DNA of 64,000 bases from contig CM097885.1 of the NCBI GenBank assembly GCA_044892525.1, positions 20,338,001 through 20,402,000 on the forward strand. The letters are read 5' to 3'. Source of the DNA: Schmidtea polychroa. Its lineage: Eukaryota. Of this stretch, positions 49,601 through 63,469 are shown one piece after another (position 1 is the first letter of the stretch; each line of letters begins with the position of its first letter). The position numbers and the translations under genes are program-made. The notes under the pieces are model-generated. The model was not told the origin of the DNA, made no database searches, and worked only from the letters and a program-made list of their open reading frames with translations.

Positions 49601-51016
49601 ATTCTTACAACAGAGTCTCTCATGTTTAATAGCAGCAAGTTTTGAACTTGAATGATATTAACATCTTTTACAACATATGCCTCCACGAATGAGTGTGTTT
49701 CCTTTCATAAAACTTTGAAAATTCTTTATTAAGATATAATGAAGTTTTTTATCTAACATAGTGCCTCCGGACGCAGTGCTTTCTGCTTCTGGTTCTAATG
49801 AAATGCCTTCTTCTGCTTCTCTCCTCGGGTGAACGCTTTGAACCTCTTCACCATATTCTTCTCCATCAAAGTCTTCATCTGGTTTACCTTCTTCTAATAT
49901 TAAAAGATCTACTTCTCTCTTTTCATCTGAGATTTCCATGTTAGAAATGTAAATAGGAATAATGTGTTTATAATTTTTATTTTTTCTAGTTTTTGTAATT
50001 TTGGTTGGAATGAATTGATAAATATTAATTTTAAGATTATTTAATTTTTCAAATGCTGGAACATCTTCAATTTTCATTGGGTGGGAAAAATCTTTTGGAT
50101 AAATTAATTCAGATTCATATTCTTCATATTTTTGAACTCTCTGTGGGTTAGTTGCTTGAGGATGTAAGTGTGCAAGTATTGACCATTGAAAACATTTATT
50201 ATCTTTATTCTGTACATTTATAACATGGTTGGAGGTGAATGGTGTGTGAATAAAAGATTTAGGATTTGGTGGTGCGCCTCTCCAGTATTCAATCTCTATA
50301 TTTTGAAAAGAGTGGAATCTTAAATTAGATTCTCCTAGTTCTTGTTCCACCTGTTCTTGTTTTTCTTCCAATTCTTTAGCTATATCATTAACAAGTTTAT
50401 TTCCTGCTTTTGTAGAAAATAAATATTTATATGAGGTTTCAATTTTTACATCTAGAGGCATTGCGATTGAATCATCTCCTCTCCAGTATTTTGCATTTCC
50501 TGTAAATTTAACTTTTATAACATTAAATCTTGATCTACCAAATTTTTTTATAGCATCATCCATTGATGATATTATTTTTTTTTTATTTTCTCTTATATAT
50601 TGCATGATTGATCTGGGTCCTCGTTTTACTTCTACAATTACATCGGTGTGATTGAAGTTGTCCCAATTAAACTCTAGTTTTTCAGCTTTTTCAGTCATTG
50701 AGTTTGAATCAGAATCTTTTGCTTCAAGACCACAATCTTCTATGTGTCTTAAGTAAAAAGATTTTATCTTCATCTTTTTTCCACATGCTGAACATTCGAA
50801 TATTTCTCTGTTTTTAGGAACTCCAATACAATTTTTAAAATGCTTCTTATAACCTGAAAATAAATATCTATCCTTACATTTAGAACAGAATTTGGAATTA
50901 GTGTCATCTAGTGTGTTAGCTTTTATTAAATGGTCTTTTGATTTTTTATGAGATGTTAAAGCAGTTTTATTTTTAAAATTTTTTTCACAAATTTCACAAT
51001 TGAAAATAGCTTCCAT
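46622..51016 (-). pseudogene. polB: Protein-primed family B DNA polymerase (~1464 codons) with two in-frame TAA stops
   Basis: The two tracked ORFs are one frame with stops at 49660-58 and 49468-66; ExoI VYCDFE lies between them. Also N-terminal Zn fingers, HNH/EndoVII-like DHDH..YRGAAHKKCN, ExoII FHNLFGYD, YIDATALY, KLLNNAVFGKT, DTDS. Confidence 0.95.
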
Positions 51017-51089
51017 TTTTAAAAGAATTTTTTGGTTGGATACGATGTTTTGGTTTTGATATTAATTTTTATTTTTTTTAAATCTAAAA

Positions 51090-51423
51090 GTGATCAGGCG
51101 ACCTAGATCATTATGAATTAGGTAATCTGATATTCTTATAACATTAAATCCTTATAACATTAAATCCTTAAGACCAAGTAGTGAGGAATCTATGCACCCC
51201 GTTACCTTTTCTCGGAATTACTAATCTATAAATACATCTATTCCGAACTTTTTTACTTTTAAGGGAAGAAATTAAGGGTTAATGGCAATAGGGGACAAAG
51301 TTTAAAAGTAAAAAAAAGTGAAGAATATGGGGTAAAAAAGCATATAAATGTGGAAAATATGGGTCAATAGCGCTGTTTTTTTTTTAGGGTGGGGGTGCTG
51401 GGGTGCATAGATTCCTCACTACT
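51090..51423 (-). repeat. Polinton right TIR (334 bp)
   Basis: Reverse complement of 36238-36570. Confidence 0.97.
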
Positions 51424-52400
51424 ATTTAGAGATCGTGCTCTAATCTTGTTAATACAGTGCACAGCTGTGTCAATAACATGCTTGAATTCCATATCCTTTG
51501 AGCAAAGAACTTCTTGATGAATAATGCAATGGTACTTAAAAAGTTTTCTTTTTAGATATTTTTCTAGAAGGGAAACACAACCGTTGTTTTTTCCAACCAT
51601 TGCAGGAGCTCCATCTGTGCAGATACTTTCCAGTTGATTCCAGTTGAGCTTATACTCGTTGATGCTTGAATTTTCCACACAATCTTTCAGTGCTTCAAAG
51701 ATATCGGCTCCAGTTGTTGTAGTTTTCAGTTGACAAAGGCCAAGAAGTTCCTGAACAACATCGAAGTTTTCATTGACACATCTTATATAAACCAGTAATT
51801 GAGCACTGTCAGTTGCATCACAGCTTTCATCAATTGCAATTGAAAAGTATTTTGAAAGTGAAGCAGCAACAATAATTTGTTTTGAGACATCATTGGCCAT
51901 TTCTTCAATTCTCCGAGTAACTGTATTTCTTGAAAGTGCTATGTTTTTGGACAGCAATTTGTTTTTTGGGTCACCTGAGTTTTCAGCAAAAATAGAAATT
52001 GCCTCTTTTACCATTTCACCATCTGAATAACTTTTTTTTAATCTGGCAAGCAGCAGGGAAATTTGAAAGGAAGCTTTTGTCATACCGTGCATTTCTTCTT
52101 GTCTTTTGGTAAAAAATGTTTGCTGAACTGCAAGTTTCGATTTTCTCTTTGAAATAAAGTTCTGTCTGCAGATCCAATTGAGTATTTGATTTTGAATTCT
52201 GAATGCATCTGATTAAAATGACGTTCCACATTGTATTTTTTATAGACTGCAACTGTGTCATTACAAATCAGACAAATTGGCCTTGATGATTGTGAATGTG
52301 TGAACAAAAATTGTTCTTCCCAGTTATTTCTTAACACTTGTTGCGCAGATTTTTCATCTTCACGTTTTCTTTTTTGAGACATCCCTTTGCTGAGAGACAT
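51424..52400 (-). pseudogene. hAT transposase, 5' half (one frameshift ~52160)
   Basis: N-terminal CLIC…HF…H zinc finger, IDESCD, TDGAPAM, HCIIHQE. Removing the virus and one TSD restores KIRARSLN-RREF in frame. Confidence 0.93.
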
Positions 52401-54070
52401 TTTTGTAAAAACAAAAATTATTTTTTTTATTTGGATAAATTGTTGTCCACACTGAGAGATTGTTTTTGGTTGACTGATTTAAATAGAGTTTTTTAACTAA
52501 CGATGTAACGATATTTGAGTTAATTAATTTTAATTTAAAGTAGGAAAAAATTTAATTTTCTTGGAATTCCCATTTAATAATTAATTGTTGGGATTGATTA
52601 ATTTTAATTTCGAAAATTAAAAATGCTCTTGTAATTCTCATTGAAACATTATACATCTTAATGTTAAAAATTGATATTTTCTTTAACCGTATTTAGAAAA
52701 ACACCCACGGGCATTTGAAAAAGTCTCCACGGGCACTTTTTTGCCCGCGGGCACTAGGTTGGGCACCACTGCTTTAGGCATTAATGTTATATTCTAGAAG
52801 AAAAAATTTAAAATCTAAATTTAAAAAATACCTTATGGTTATTTGTACAATAAAATTTTTTTTACCCCTTTTGAATTTAAAAAGCCATTGTTATCTTGTC
52901 ATTTACAACAATACAATAGCTGAAATCAGAGGAATTTCCTTTTATTTTATTACAACTAAGCATTTAGTAGTAATGTAGATTTATATATTATGTGAATTTA
53001 TTGAAATATATTTGGTCATTCATAAAATATAAAATATTGTCACTTGTATATTTCTGGCCCTTGTTATAATACATTACTTTTATTAACTTCTGGTTAGTAT
53101 TAAATTGTATTTATAACGTCGCGCACTTTTGTAGGAATGAAAATAAAATGAAATCATCATTAAAAAGAAAACAAATTAAAAGTGACGAAAAATTAAAAAG
53201 GTTTTGTTGTGCTTTTTTAATTATTATTTAATTAAAAAAAATAAATTTATTGCTATTTTAATAGTAACTATTAAGAATACTACTCGTAATTAATTTATAG
53301 TTATAATCATGATATTTTTAAAAATTTTTAAAAATAAATTTATTGTGATAATAACAAGATTTTGAAATAAATTCCATTTATAAAAAAGGTGAAATATCGT
53401 GATTGAACTTGATGGAAGACACAATTTTCATACTGGGAAATTATCTGTATATTTTCTGTATATTAATACTCTTGGGAAATAATTCGCATTAATATTGTAA
53501 AGATAAATATTTGCATTCATTAATTCAAAAACCCCTTCTTGGACAACACTGTAACTAACCATTCAAAATCTGTAATTATTCAAACAAATCTTTTCTATGC
53601 TTCCTTAAATTTTATTAATAATTTAATGTTAATCTATTATAAATAAAGTGAGAAAATGTAATAGGTTGAAATACTGGACGCTTGTAGGAGCTAAAAAAGT
53701 AAGACCTCCAAGATTTTTGTTTGTTCACAACTTTCACATAAACAAAATCCATTAAAAATACTTAACAAAAATTTTATTTTAAACATTTATTTTTTTAAAA
53801 ACAAAAATAAACACAGAAATATAATATTTGTTGAAGTTTCAAAATTAATTAAGATCCAAACTTGCACTGGTGTCTTATATAAATAAAAACAAATACTTGT
53901 CTATGCAAAAAGTTTTATTAATATAAAATTTACCAATAAAATTCACAAATATTCACAACAATTCGTATTTCCACAATGATTGATTTTTGAATAACTTTTA
54001 CAATAAATGATTTTGAAAGAAGGTGGGTGTTATGTAATCTGTTATTTGTTATGTTGCTTGTTGTATATAT

Positions 54071-54710
54071 CAGTCCTTCTCAAAGTGGGCGTTTGAGACC
54101 TAGAGGGGGGCGTTGACGTGGGTTAAGAGGGCAATGGTAGATTTGTAATTTCATTTTAAATTTCATTTTAAATTTCATTTTAAATTTCATTTTAAATTTC
54201 ACTAAAATTAAAACTTACTTCACAATAAAGAATAATTAATTTATATTTCTACCCTGTATGATGGTATAAAAACTTAAAATACTTAACATAGATTTCGTAG
54301 GATAGCCCGCACGCCGCACGCAATGAAGTTGTAACAAGTTTCTGTTAAATATCGCTATTGGAGCAATCCGGTAAAAAGCGGCTGGTTCATCGATACTTGT
54401 CATAACTTGCTCAGTACGATTGAGCGTCGAAAGAGATATTTATATATTATATAACCTCCTTTTTTACTAATCACTAACTTCCTTATTAGTACCATCATTA
54501 CCTATCTTGATAATCACTTTCCATATTTGTTAATTGTTCCACATCTGGGAATCACTTTCCTTTTCTGATCAATAAGATTCTTTTAGAATATGCAACTAAT
54601 ATATATTTCTTCTTAAATGCTATTAAAATTGAAAAAAAATCAAGGGGTCGTTGATTAATATGTTTTGTGGAAAGGGGGGGCGGTAGATCAAATAAGTTTG
54701 GGAACCAATG
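54071..54710. mobile_element. Non-autonomous hAT MITE
   Basis: 8-bp TSD GTATATAT on both sides; imperfect TIRs cagtccttctcaaa / cattggttcccaaa. Confidence 0.75.
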
Positions 54711-56299
54711 GTATATATGAATGCAAAAATAACTTGAAAGACATTTTTGTCTATCTAGTGATTATGATCTCGTCGAGATTTACACTACAAGACCTTCGCA
54801 GATAGGTATAATTTTTGGGCAATGATACTGATTTGTGCGTCAGTATTTATACCTGTTTTATCTATAAAAATTTATAAATATAATTAAAAGTATTTCCACC
54901 CGTTTAATAATAAAAATATCATAATTTTTTTTTATTTCCGTTTCAATATTGCGTGACATATAATTTAGTAATATAACTATTTTCCTAAATAATTAACCAA
55001 TAATAATATTTGTAATTTAGTACTAAATAATATACAATAATATTAATAATATTTACCCTTAATAATACTAATATTGATAGTATTTACAATTATCTAAATT
55101 TTCTTATTGAAATATATTTTATACCAATCAAATGCATCATAAAAAGTAAAAGATATAGCTACAATATTATTAGGAATAAAATCAATAAAATAACAACTAA
55201 AAATAACCAAATAAATATTGTTAAGAAAAAAAATGAAATATGATATACATTGCTGACAGAATCTTACACAATAATAACACTGGGCCCCTATTTTTGAGGA
55301 GCCCCCAATATTAAATACATTAGAAAAACTTCTCCAATAACAAAGAAAATATCACGAATTGAAAGAATAAAACAAAGATGAAAATTCAAAATTCGTTTAA
55401 CTTTCAAACAAATCTGGTTGGCAACGATTTAATTTAAATCAAATATACCTAATAATTCAGTAGTTTTATATGTTCAAATTGTTTTCTTCTCTCTTTATAT
55501 ATTTAAATTTACAGAAGAAATACATGAGGTGTCAGGTAATACAGTCTCAGTTGCTTTTCAATATATTTATTTTAGTATTTTTTTTAATTAAAATCAATAA
55601 AATGAATGCAATAAAATTAAAAATAAATTGTTTAGTGGCTGCAAGAGGGCTCCCAAAAGTTACAGCACGGCGCTAATTACTGTTAAAATAAAACATAAAA
55701 AACAACTAAAAATGAAGCGATGCATATTGCTACGATTATTTATTTACAATTGTTATTTGATTGACTGTCAAATTGTTTATATGCAATAGATGTTTTGATT
55801 TTTATTTAGTATTGAACTGAGATTGGGAGTTTATCTTCTAACTTCTGCGTATATATTAATAGATACTTGTTTGGGTCTCTCCTGTAATGATTGGTTAGGA
55901 AAATATATCGATGGGCCTGCTCTTATCATCAAACATATATTATTCCAACATTTTTTTACGTTGAATAAATGTCTTTATTATTTGAAATATTCTTATAAAA
56001 CTCTTCACTTGTGTGGTGATTTTCCATGGGTGGTTTTTCTCTTTTTTTTGCATCAAATAAAGATTTTATTATACAATTTTAAAATAAATCAATTAAAAGT
56101 TTGTAAATAATATTTAAATATATTATAATAATATAAATTATAAAAGTTTGTTTTAAAATATTAATTTTTTTTAATTTGTCTTTTGAATATAAGTTTTTGA
56201 TAATTTATGAGATTTTGTGAAACACTTTTGTGAATTTCTGTAAAACATTTATCTGCAGCGTAAATTTCCAAAGTTTTTCTATGTTTCTATTCGGATTTT

Positions 56300-57500
56300 G
56301 GATTTCAGTTTTCACCGTTATTTACAATTGTAATTCTGCCTATAATTCTGCCTATAATTAAAGCTCATTTATAATTATTCATCTGACAATTCAAATTCCG
56401 TTTATATGTCATTAATCATTTTGTAAATCATGACAAAAAATAGCTATTTTAGCTCCTCGGCTATTAGAGAGTCAATGAGTTATCTGCCTTGGATCAAAGA
56501 AGCCCTAATATAAACTAATATAAGCATTGGCAACCACCTATTTGTTCGGATTCTTTGTACAGTGATTCAATATAATTTCGGTTTTATTGAGAATCGTTAT
56601 ATTCATATAAATTGTTTGACGGCCTTAACAAAGTTTATTAATCTTCATCATCAAGCTGATGGACATATACCCGAATAAAATTACCCCTCGTTCACCTCCT
56701 TCGTTGAAGCTTTGATGCCTTGCCAGTACAGTGTAAATTTAATTATTTTCTTAATATTGCTGAAAGGTATATTGTTCGTATCAAAGTGATTAAATATTTT
56801 AACCCAATTTCGAATCATCAACATATTTTTTCACATATTAAAGCCTCATCAAGACGTGTCCTTCCTTCCTTATCTGCATCAAATAATTCCATTTTATAAT
56901 CAACCTTGAAATGTATTCAAAGCTCTTTTGCCCATTCTCCCTATGCACACCGATTTTAATATTGGTCCACTTAAAGCAACCAATGTGTTCAAATTGTGAT
57001 AAGAGAAGTTCTACGTAATGAATACATTTATTATTATCCTGGACTGTGAAGGAATTTGTTTAGGTTCAACCATTCTTTTCAATAATTTTTAATTGACTGC
57101 ATAAAGAGAGTGATATATACTGGATATTTATTCTTTCTTTTAGTTTGAATTTTAAACTCTCTATTTTCGTACTAATTTTACACAGTATTTTTTCTTCTTC
57201 TAAGAAAACCACCAAAATTTGTACTTGCATTATCAGCACAAAGTGCTAAAACTTTCGTTTCTAAATCATCTTTTTCTTTATTGTTCCACTAATTGAGTTG
57301 GCAGGAGATACAAAATCTGAATGTTTTGTTTGTTTCCTTAGTTTATAATTGCATAAGCAAATTAATAAAAAGTGGTTAGAAACCATCTAAGTTATACAAT
57401 GAAAAGATTCCGTGAAAATTTTGTATTCTTTGTTAATATCTTATTTTCCAGAAATTCGGGTGTTAATTGCATCGATCATTAAATTACAAGTAAATTCACG
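56300..57500 (-). pseudogene. Heavily decayed hAT-like transposase; boundaries approximate
   Basis: Minus strand VLALCADNASTNFGG at ~57209-57252; other frames are broken. Confidence 0.45.
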
Positions 57501-58457
57501 CTTTCAATAAAACATATTTTGTATTACACAATATTTAAACAAAGTTAGGAGAATTCAAACTATGCAATTTTTCTTGACTGGATCTTTTTAACACTCATTT
57601 ATACATATAACTTACGATTTTTAATTACTGTATTTTTTATTGTGTTTTATTCTTTAAATTAATTTCAGTTATATTTTAATAAACCTATATATTTGATAAA
57701 ACTTTATTAAACTTATTATTGTAATTCTAAATTTGATTTTAAGTATTTTAATTATTAAAAGTTTTACTTGATAATTAATTATTTTTACTTTAAAATAATT
57801 GTTTCCTTTATAAAACATTTCTATTATTACAAGTAATTTATAGAAATATTTATAGTATTTTGAAGCATCTTACATTTTGTATTGCGGTACCGCCGCCCAA
57901 AAAAATATTGAAATTCCATTTTTTATAATTTTAATTCATCTACACCAAAGTCACCATTTTGTATGGGGGTTTCTGGTGACTTGGTAATATTTACTCGGTA
58001 TTATGTCATATTGATCATATTAATCAGAGTTAAATAATTATATTTAAATAATATCACTTTCATTTTTCTATGTTTACAAATATTTCTCTGTAATATTTCT
58101 GATACAAAAGTAAGTAACTTAAATCTGATGAAATGTCATTGCTTTTGTTCCGAACATTTACATTTCATACAAAAGTTTCATAGAAGTTTTTGGTGTTGAA
58201 AATAATAATAAATTTATCAATATTTATCAAATCTGCAAATAGTTTCATCATAATTTGTTTTATTACAATAGATTTCCTATACGTCTTGAATAAAGTTTTG
58301 TGATGTATTTTTGTTCCTAATGATAACAATTGTAGGCTAAAAGAATGTATTATCGAACGATTTAGACGCCATATGTTAAAACTAGTATGAAGTCGTAAAT
58401 AGTGGGGTAAATAATGGGGTAAATAGTGGTTGGCTAAAAAAATTTGATAATGCACCA

Positions 58458-58575
58458 AAGGATAATGAGCCTAGGTTTGTGTTGGTATTGCCATGTTAAA
58501 AGAGTTTAAAAGATAAAAATATTAAAATAAGCAATTCGTTGGGAAATTTAAATTATAAAATTAGTAGATTATTGC
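58458..58575 (+). mobile_element. Penelope fragment
   Basis: KDNEPRFVLVLP matches KDDEPKFVLVLP of the ORF at 63470-63985. Confidence 0.6.
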
Positions 58576-58656
58576 ACATTTTAGTACCCTCCCAATTAAA
58601 ATTTATTTTATAACGATTACTAAGTAAAGTGAAATTTTAAATTATATGTAATTATT

Positions 58657-58951
58657 ATAAGTAATAATATTAATAATTAGTAAAAATGGAAATAAATTTA
58701 ATAAATAAAAATGAATAATTAAAAGTGATTATAAAGTATGAAAAATAAAGTTAATAATTAATATTACTAAAAATAAAAAATTTTTTAATAAATAATAACA
58801 TTAATAACATTATTATTTATTAAAATTTTTTTTATTTTTAGTAATATTAATTATTAACTTTATTTTTCATACTTTATAATCACTTTTAATTATTTATTTT
58901 TATTTATTAAATTTATTTCCATTTTTACTATTTATTAATATTATTGCTTAT
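58657..58951. repeat. Long AT-rich inverted repeat (~140-bp arms)
   Basis: Left arm is the near-perfect reverse complement of the right arm, with a spacer of ~13-20 bp. Confidence 0.9.
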
Positions 58952-59472
58952 TATTTCTATTATTTCTATATATTTTTAATATTCATAACACATATATAAT
59001 ACCTAGTCCGTTTATAGATCATAATTATTATTATTTAAAATTATAGCAATTAATAATAACAACAACATACAGTAATTAAATCATTATGACAAAAGCAATG
59101 ATAATCACAAGTATGTCAATGATTTTATGAACAGTTTGATGGTTATTCTGTCAATTTATCACTATTCGCAATTATATTTATTTGTAAGCGCTACTTCAGT
59201 AGTTTGGAAACTATATAATTGATGGTTTCTCGTATTTTTTCTAAATTGGAACACCCTATGTATTTTTATTCCACTGTAACAATTCAGATAAGACTGGTCT
59301 GTATATTTCAATTATACACTTGTTTTTATCGTAATCGTATTACCTAGTAGATTATAACATTTTGGCCGTAGAAATATCTACTCGTCTACTTTTTTATTTT
59401 TATGAATATATTTTGGGAAATTAGTTAATTTAAATTTAAATAATCATCATAAAATATTTTATTTGTTTAAAT

Positions 59473-62042
59473 CAGCGATCGGGAACCTTTTTTAAGTAAA
59501 GAGTCAAATCAACAAAAAATTTCAAAAAAATGAAATTTAAGAGCCGCAGTCACTGACATATTCGAGCTAAAAACTTGTGTAGCATTAAAAAATTTGTATA
59601 TTACGAAATGACTTATTTTATTTAATGGCAGGATTTTCCCTTCTTTATAATAAATAAAACAAAATACATATTTTTAATTTTTCAGTATTTATTAAAGTTT
59701 ATGATAATATAATATTAAATTATGAAAATTATGATAATATAATATTGAAGTTATGAATCAAATAATATTGAACATTTATTATTGGGACTTTTGAACTTGT
59801 ATCTTTCCAGCCAACTTTTTTAAATTTGGCACATATTTGGTGGTTTTTAATTGTAACAATGCTTTTAAACTTTCATCTGTCAGCCTGCTCCGGTACTTAT
59901 TTTTAATGTAGTTCATGGAAGAGAAAAATTGTTCACAATTGTACGTAGAACCAAAGAGTGTCAAAAGGCCAAGTGCAAGGCTCTTGGTGTTTGAATAATT
60001 ATTCGGAAATGTATTCCAGCATCTGAATATTATGTCCTGTGGCGTGTCTTCCATAGTTGGTTGATATGTTTCAATTTGTGTTACCACGTGTTGAAGTTTT
60101 TCTACCCATATACTTTTATTTTGAATTTCCAAAAGCTCAAGCTGAAGTTCTGCAATAGATATACCAGGGAAAGCTTTTATGTCTATTAATTTTAAATTGC
60201 ACTGCAATGGCTGCAAAATAAATTTCAATGTTTCCTGATACTTCTTGAAATCCTGAAATCTGCTTGCAAATGAATTCGAAATTGTTGTGATTATATCAGC
60301 GAATATTTTACAATCTGTTTTCTCTTCGATTAAATTTAATCTGTAATTTGTTAAACTATCAAAATATACAAACTGATCGCTAAATATATCCACCTTGAAC
60401 AGCTCTAGTTTTTGCTCAAAAGAGAACTTCTTCTAATAACTTTAAAGCAGTATTTCCTTTTCCTTGCAACTTAAGATTAAGTTTGTTAAAATATTTTGTC
60501 ATATCTAGTAAAAAGTAAAAATTTTCAAGCCATTCATAGTTTGTAAGAAGTTTAAAATGTTCTTCGTTATAATTTTTCGAGCCTAAGAAAATAATAACTT
60601 CTTGCAAACACTCGGAAAAACGGTTTAACACTTTGCCTCGTGACAACCAACGTACATCAGTAAATGTAAGCAAATCTTTATATTTAGCATTGACTTCTTC
60701 TAAAAGCGCAGTAAATAATCTGTGATTAAACTCTCGAGTCTTGATGAAATTTATTATGGGTATAACTACATCCATTACTTTTTTTAGGTTTGGTATTATT
60801 CCTAACGATTTTGCAACTAAAGCTTCTTGGTGCAAAATACAATGAAATGAAATTATTTCGTGAGAAATATAATTGGAGAGCAATTTAACAAAGCCCTTAC
60901 TTTTTGCAATCATTGCCGGTGCTCCATCCGTTGCAATGGATGCTATACGATCAATATTTATATTTTTACTCGTTAAACATTTTACAATACTTTCCGAAAT
61001 TTCTTCACCTGTAGTGTGTCCTTTAAGTGGCAATACTTCAAGTAGCTCTTCTTGAACACCTGAAGATGTTATATATTTAGCCATTACACAGCACTGCGAT
61101 ATGTCAGTAACATCTGTAGATTCATCAACAGTAAGCGATATGAATTCTGGAGCATTAATATCTGAAAGTAGCATGTTTGATACTTCTGCAGATATATTTA
61201 TGATACGTTCTTTAACAGTTCTAGCTGAGAGAGGTAAATCTTGTATTTTATTTTAATATATCATCATGATTTTTAAAATCTTTGAAGAGCGTATCAGAAA
61301 CCTTGTACATGCACTGTTTGATAAATTCACCATCTGTAAACGGCTTTCCAGCTTTCGCGATCTCTAATGACAATTCAAAACTTGCTTCATTTAAAGTTGA
61401 TGAAGATTTTACCTAATTTGAAAAACATCCTTGCTGAAGTAATGTTTTATTTTGTAATTCTTGAATAGCTTTTTTTCTACTCTCGCCGTCTGGATACTTC
61501 TCGCTGAAATCTGAATGTTTTCCATCAAAGTGTCGTTCTATATTGCTTGATTTATTGTTCTACATTCTTAAATTGCAAATCAAACATTGAGGTTTCCCAT
61601 TAATTTCTATAAATGCAAATCGTTCAGTCCACATTTTATTGAAACTTCTGTTTTCATCAATGATTTTTCTTTTTCTTGCATTCATTGTGGTTCAATAATT
61701 CAATTGAATTTAATAACTTTAATTATTTAATAAATTTTTGTAATGCACAGCAATAAAACCTTACCAATTCAAAAAACACTAGAAAACTAATTCACGAAAC
61801 TTATATAACCGCGAGTAAAAATAATTGAAGAAAATGGTTGCTATGGTAATTTATTGGTTTAGAATAGATTTCTGAGCAATCGATTTTTTATTTAAATTTA
61901 AATATTTTTCGTTTGTGTCTTAGGTGATGATTTCAGAAACATACTGAAAACATTAGATGGCAGCAGCGAATTTTTTTAAAAATATTATTCAAAGTAAGAG
62001 CCTTAGGTTTTGAAGCTAAGAGCCGCCGGTTCCCGACCGATG
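59473..62042 (-). mobile_element. Second Buster/SPIN-type hAT transposon, full length (2570 bp)
   Basis: TIRs cagcgatcgggaacc / catcggtcgggaacc; TSD GTTTAAAT on both sides. Confidence 0.95.
59779..61685 (-). pseudogene. hAT (GTF2IRD2/EPM2AIP1-like) transposase with several stops and frameshifts
   Basis: MNARKRK…CLIC, VDESTD, TDGAPAM, HCILHQE, VRWLSRG, FGSTYNCEQFFS. Confidence 0.92.
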
Positions 62043-62967
62043 GTTTAAATAAATTATATTTATGATCTACTAAAGTTGGGAAATATTTCTTATTTTATTT
62101 TTAACCTCAACATCATTAATCAAAAATTAATCAATAATTAATTAAAATGTAATTAATTAAATTAAGTTTAAAAATTCAACGTCTCTAATGAAGAAATGGA
62201 AACAAATTGCAATTTTAAGGTTATATACTTTTTTTATTTGAATAAAATTTATTTTACAAATATACTTCAGTCATAACAAGTTAAATGTATATTCTACATC
62301 TATAATAATATTCTAAATTATATATCATTGAAAATATATATATTTCTTTCTGTTGTTCCTTGTTTTGAATCTTATCATACTGAAACAAATTTCTGAGTTA
62401 GCAAAAAATGCGATAAATATTTTTAAAACATTTCTCATTGTTCTGATACTTCTTTTGTAAATAAATTTGATGAAAAAATATTACACAGTGGTCGGAAAAT
62501 TTTTTTAATTTTTATCCACGCTAAAGGGGTTAATATAAACATAATAAAAAAAATTCGATCTCAAATATATGAAGTCATTTGATGAGCCAAAAAATTTTAT
62601 TTATTATTTTGATTGTGAATAAGACAAAAATTGACAACTTATATTTTGTATAAGAAATAAAAACAAACAAAAACTTATTTGAAAATACAGAATAAAATTT
62701 TCCTTTAAGATAAAATTGATTGATTAAATCTGATTTTTGTTTTTATTTTATCAAATCCTAAAAAAATTGAATAATATAAATTTAACAAATACTTCTCGAA
62801 ATACCCGTTTTTGAAATTTTGTTTTATAAGTGTTTTCTTTCCTTTTTTCAAAAAAATTGTTTTTTGATTTTCCTTTAAATGATTTTTCTAACATGAGTAC
62901 ATCTGGAGAAATTTCAGAATTTGATTTGTGTGAAGGAGAATGAATAAATTTTAAAGTATCGTTGTTC

Positions 62968-63194
<227 letters not shown>

Positions 63195-63253
63195 TAAAAT
63201 AGTTAAACATACATGGCAATGATTATAAGATAATGCCAATCAAACATTCTTTT

Positions 63254-63292
63254 CACGATATATTTCGACAGTTTTCTTGTCATCATCAGGTG
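63254..63292 (-). ncRNA. Minimal type I hammerhead ribozyme of a Penelope element
   Basis: CAC-CTGATGA-T-GACA agaaaac TGTC-GAAA-TATA-TC-GTG: core boxes, stem II, palindromic stem III and an AUC site. Confidence 0.8.
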
Positions 63293-63469
63293 GGATATAA
63301 TAACTATGTAAATTAAGGATTTTAAACAAATTTATTAGTTATATAAAAACTTTTTTATTTAATAAAAACATTTAATTATTTTAAAAAATTATAATTAAAT
63401 TAATATATTATTTTTAAAATTTAAACATTCAGAATTCAATTTAATAATTTAAAAAAATTTATTTATTAT

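Larger units (their letters stand above)
36238..51423. mobile_element. Full-length Polinton/Maverick (adintovirus-like endogenous virus), 15,186 bp
   Basis: AGTAGT…ACTACT termini, 6-bp TSD ATTTAG (36232-36237, 51424-51429), long TIRs, and the pPolB/INT/ATPase/PRO/MCP/penton gene set. Confidence 0.98.
35126..52771 (-). mobile_element. Buster/SPIN-type hAT transposon (~2.45 kb) interrupted by a Polinton
   Basis: TIRs cagtggtgcccaa at both ends; perfect 8-bp TSD CTTTAGGC (nnnTAnnn) at 35118-35125 and 52772-52779. Confidence 0.97.

Noticed and set aside
40455..49660. TAA reassignment (alternative genetic code) explaining three in-frame stops
   Set aside because: TAA terminates MCP and other viral ORFs and is absent from thousands of other sense positions; point mutation is simpler.
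51359..51403. G-quadruplex in the TIR
   Set aside because: Only three closely spaced G-runs; the fourth is over 20 nt away.
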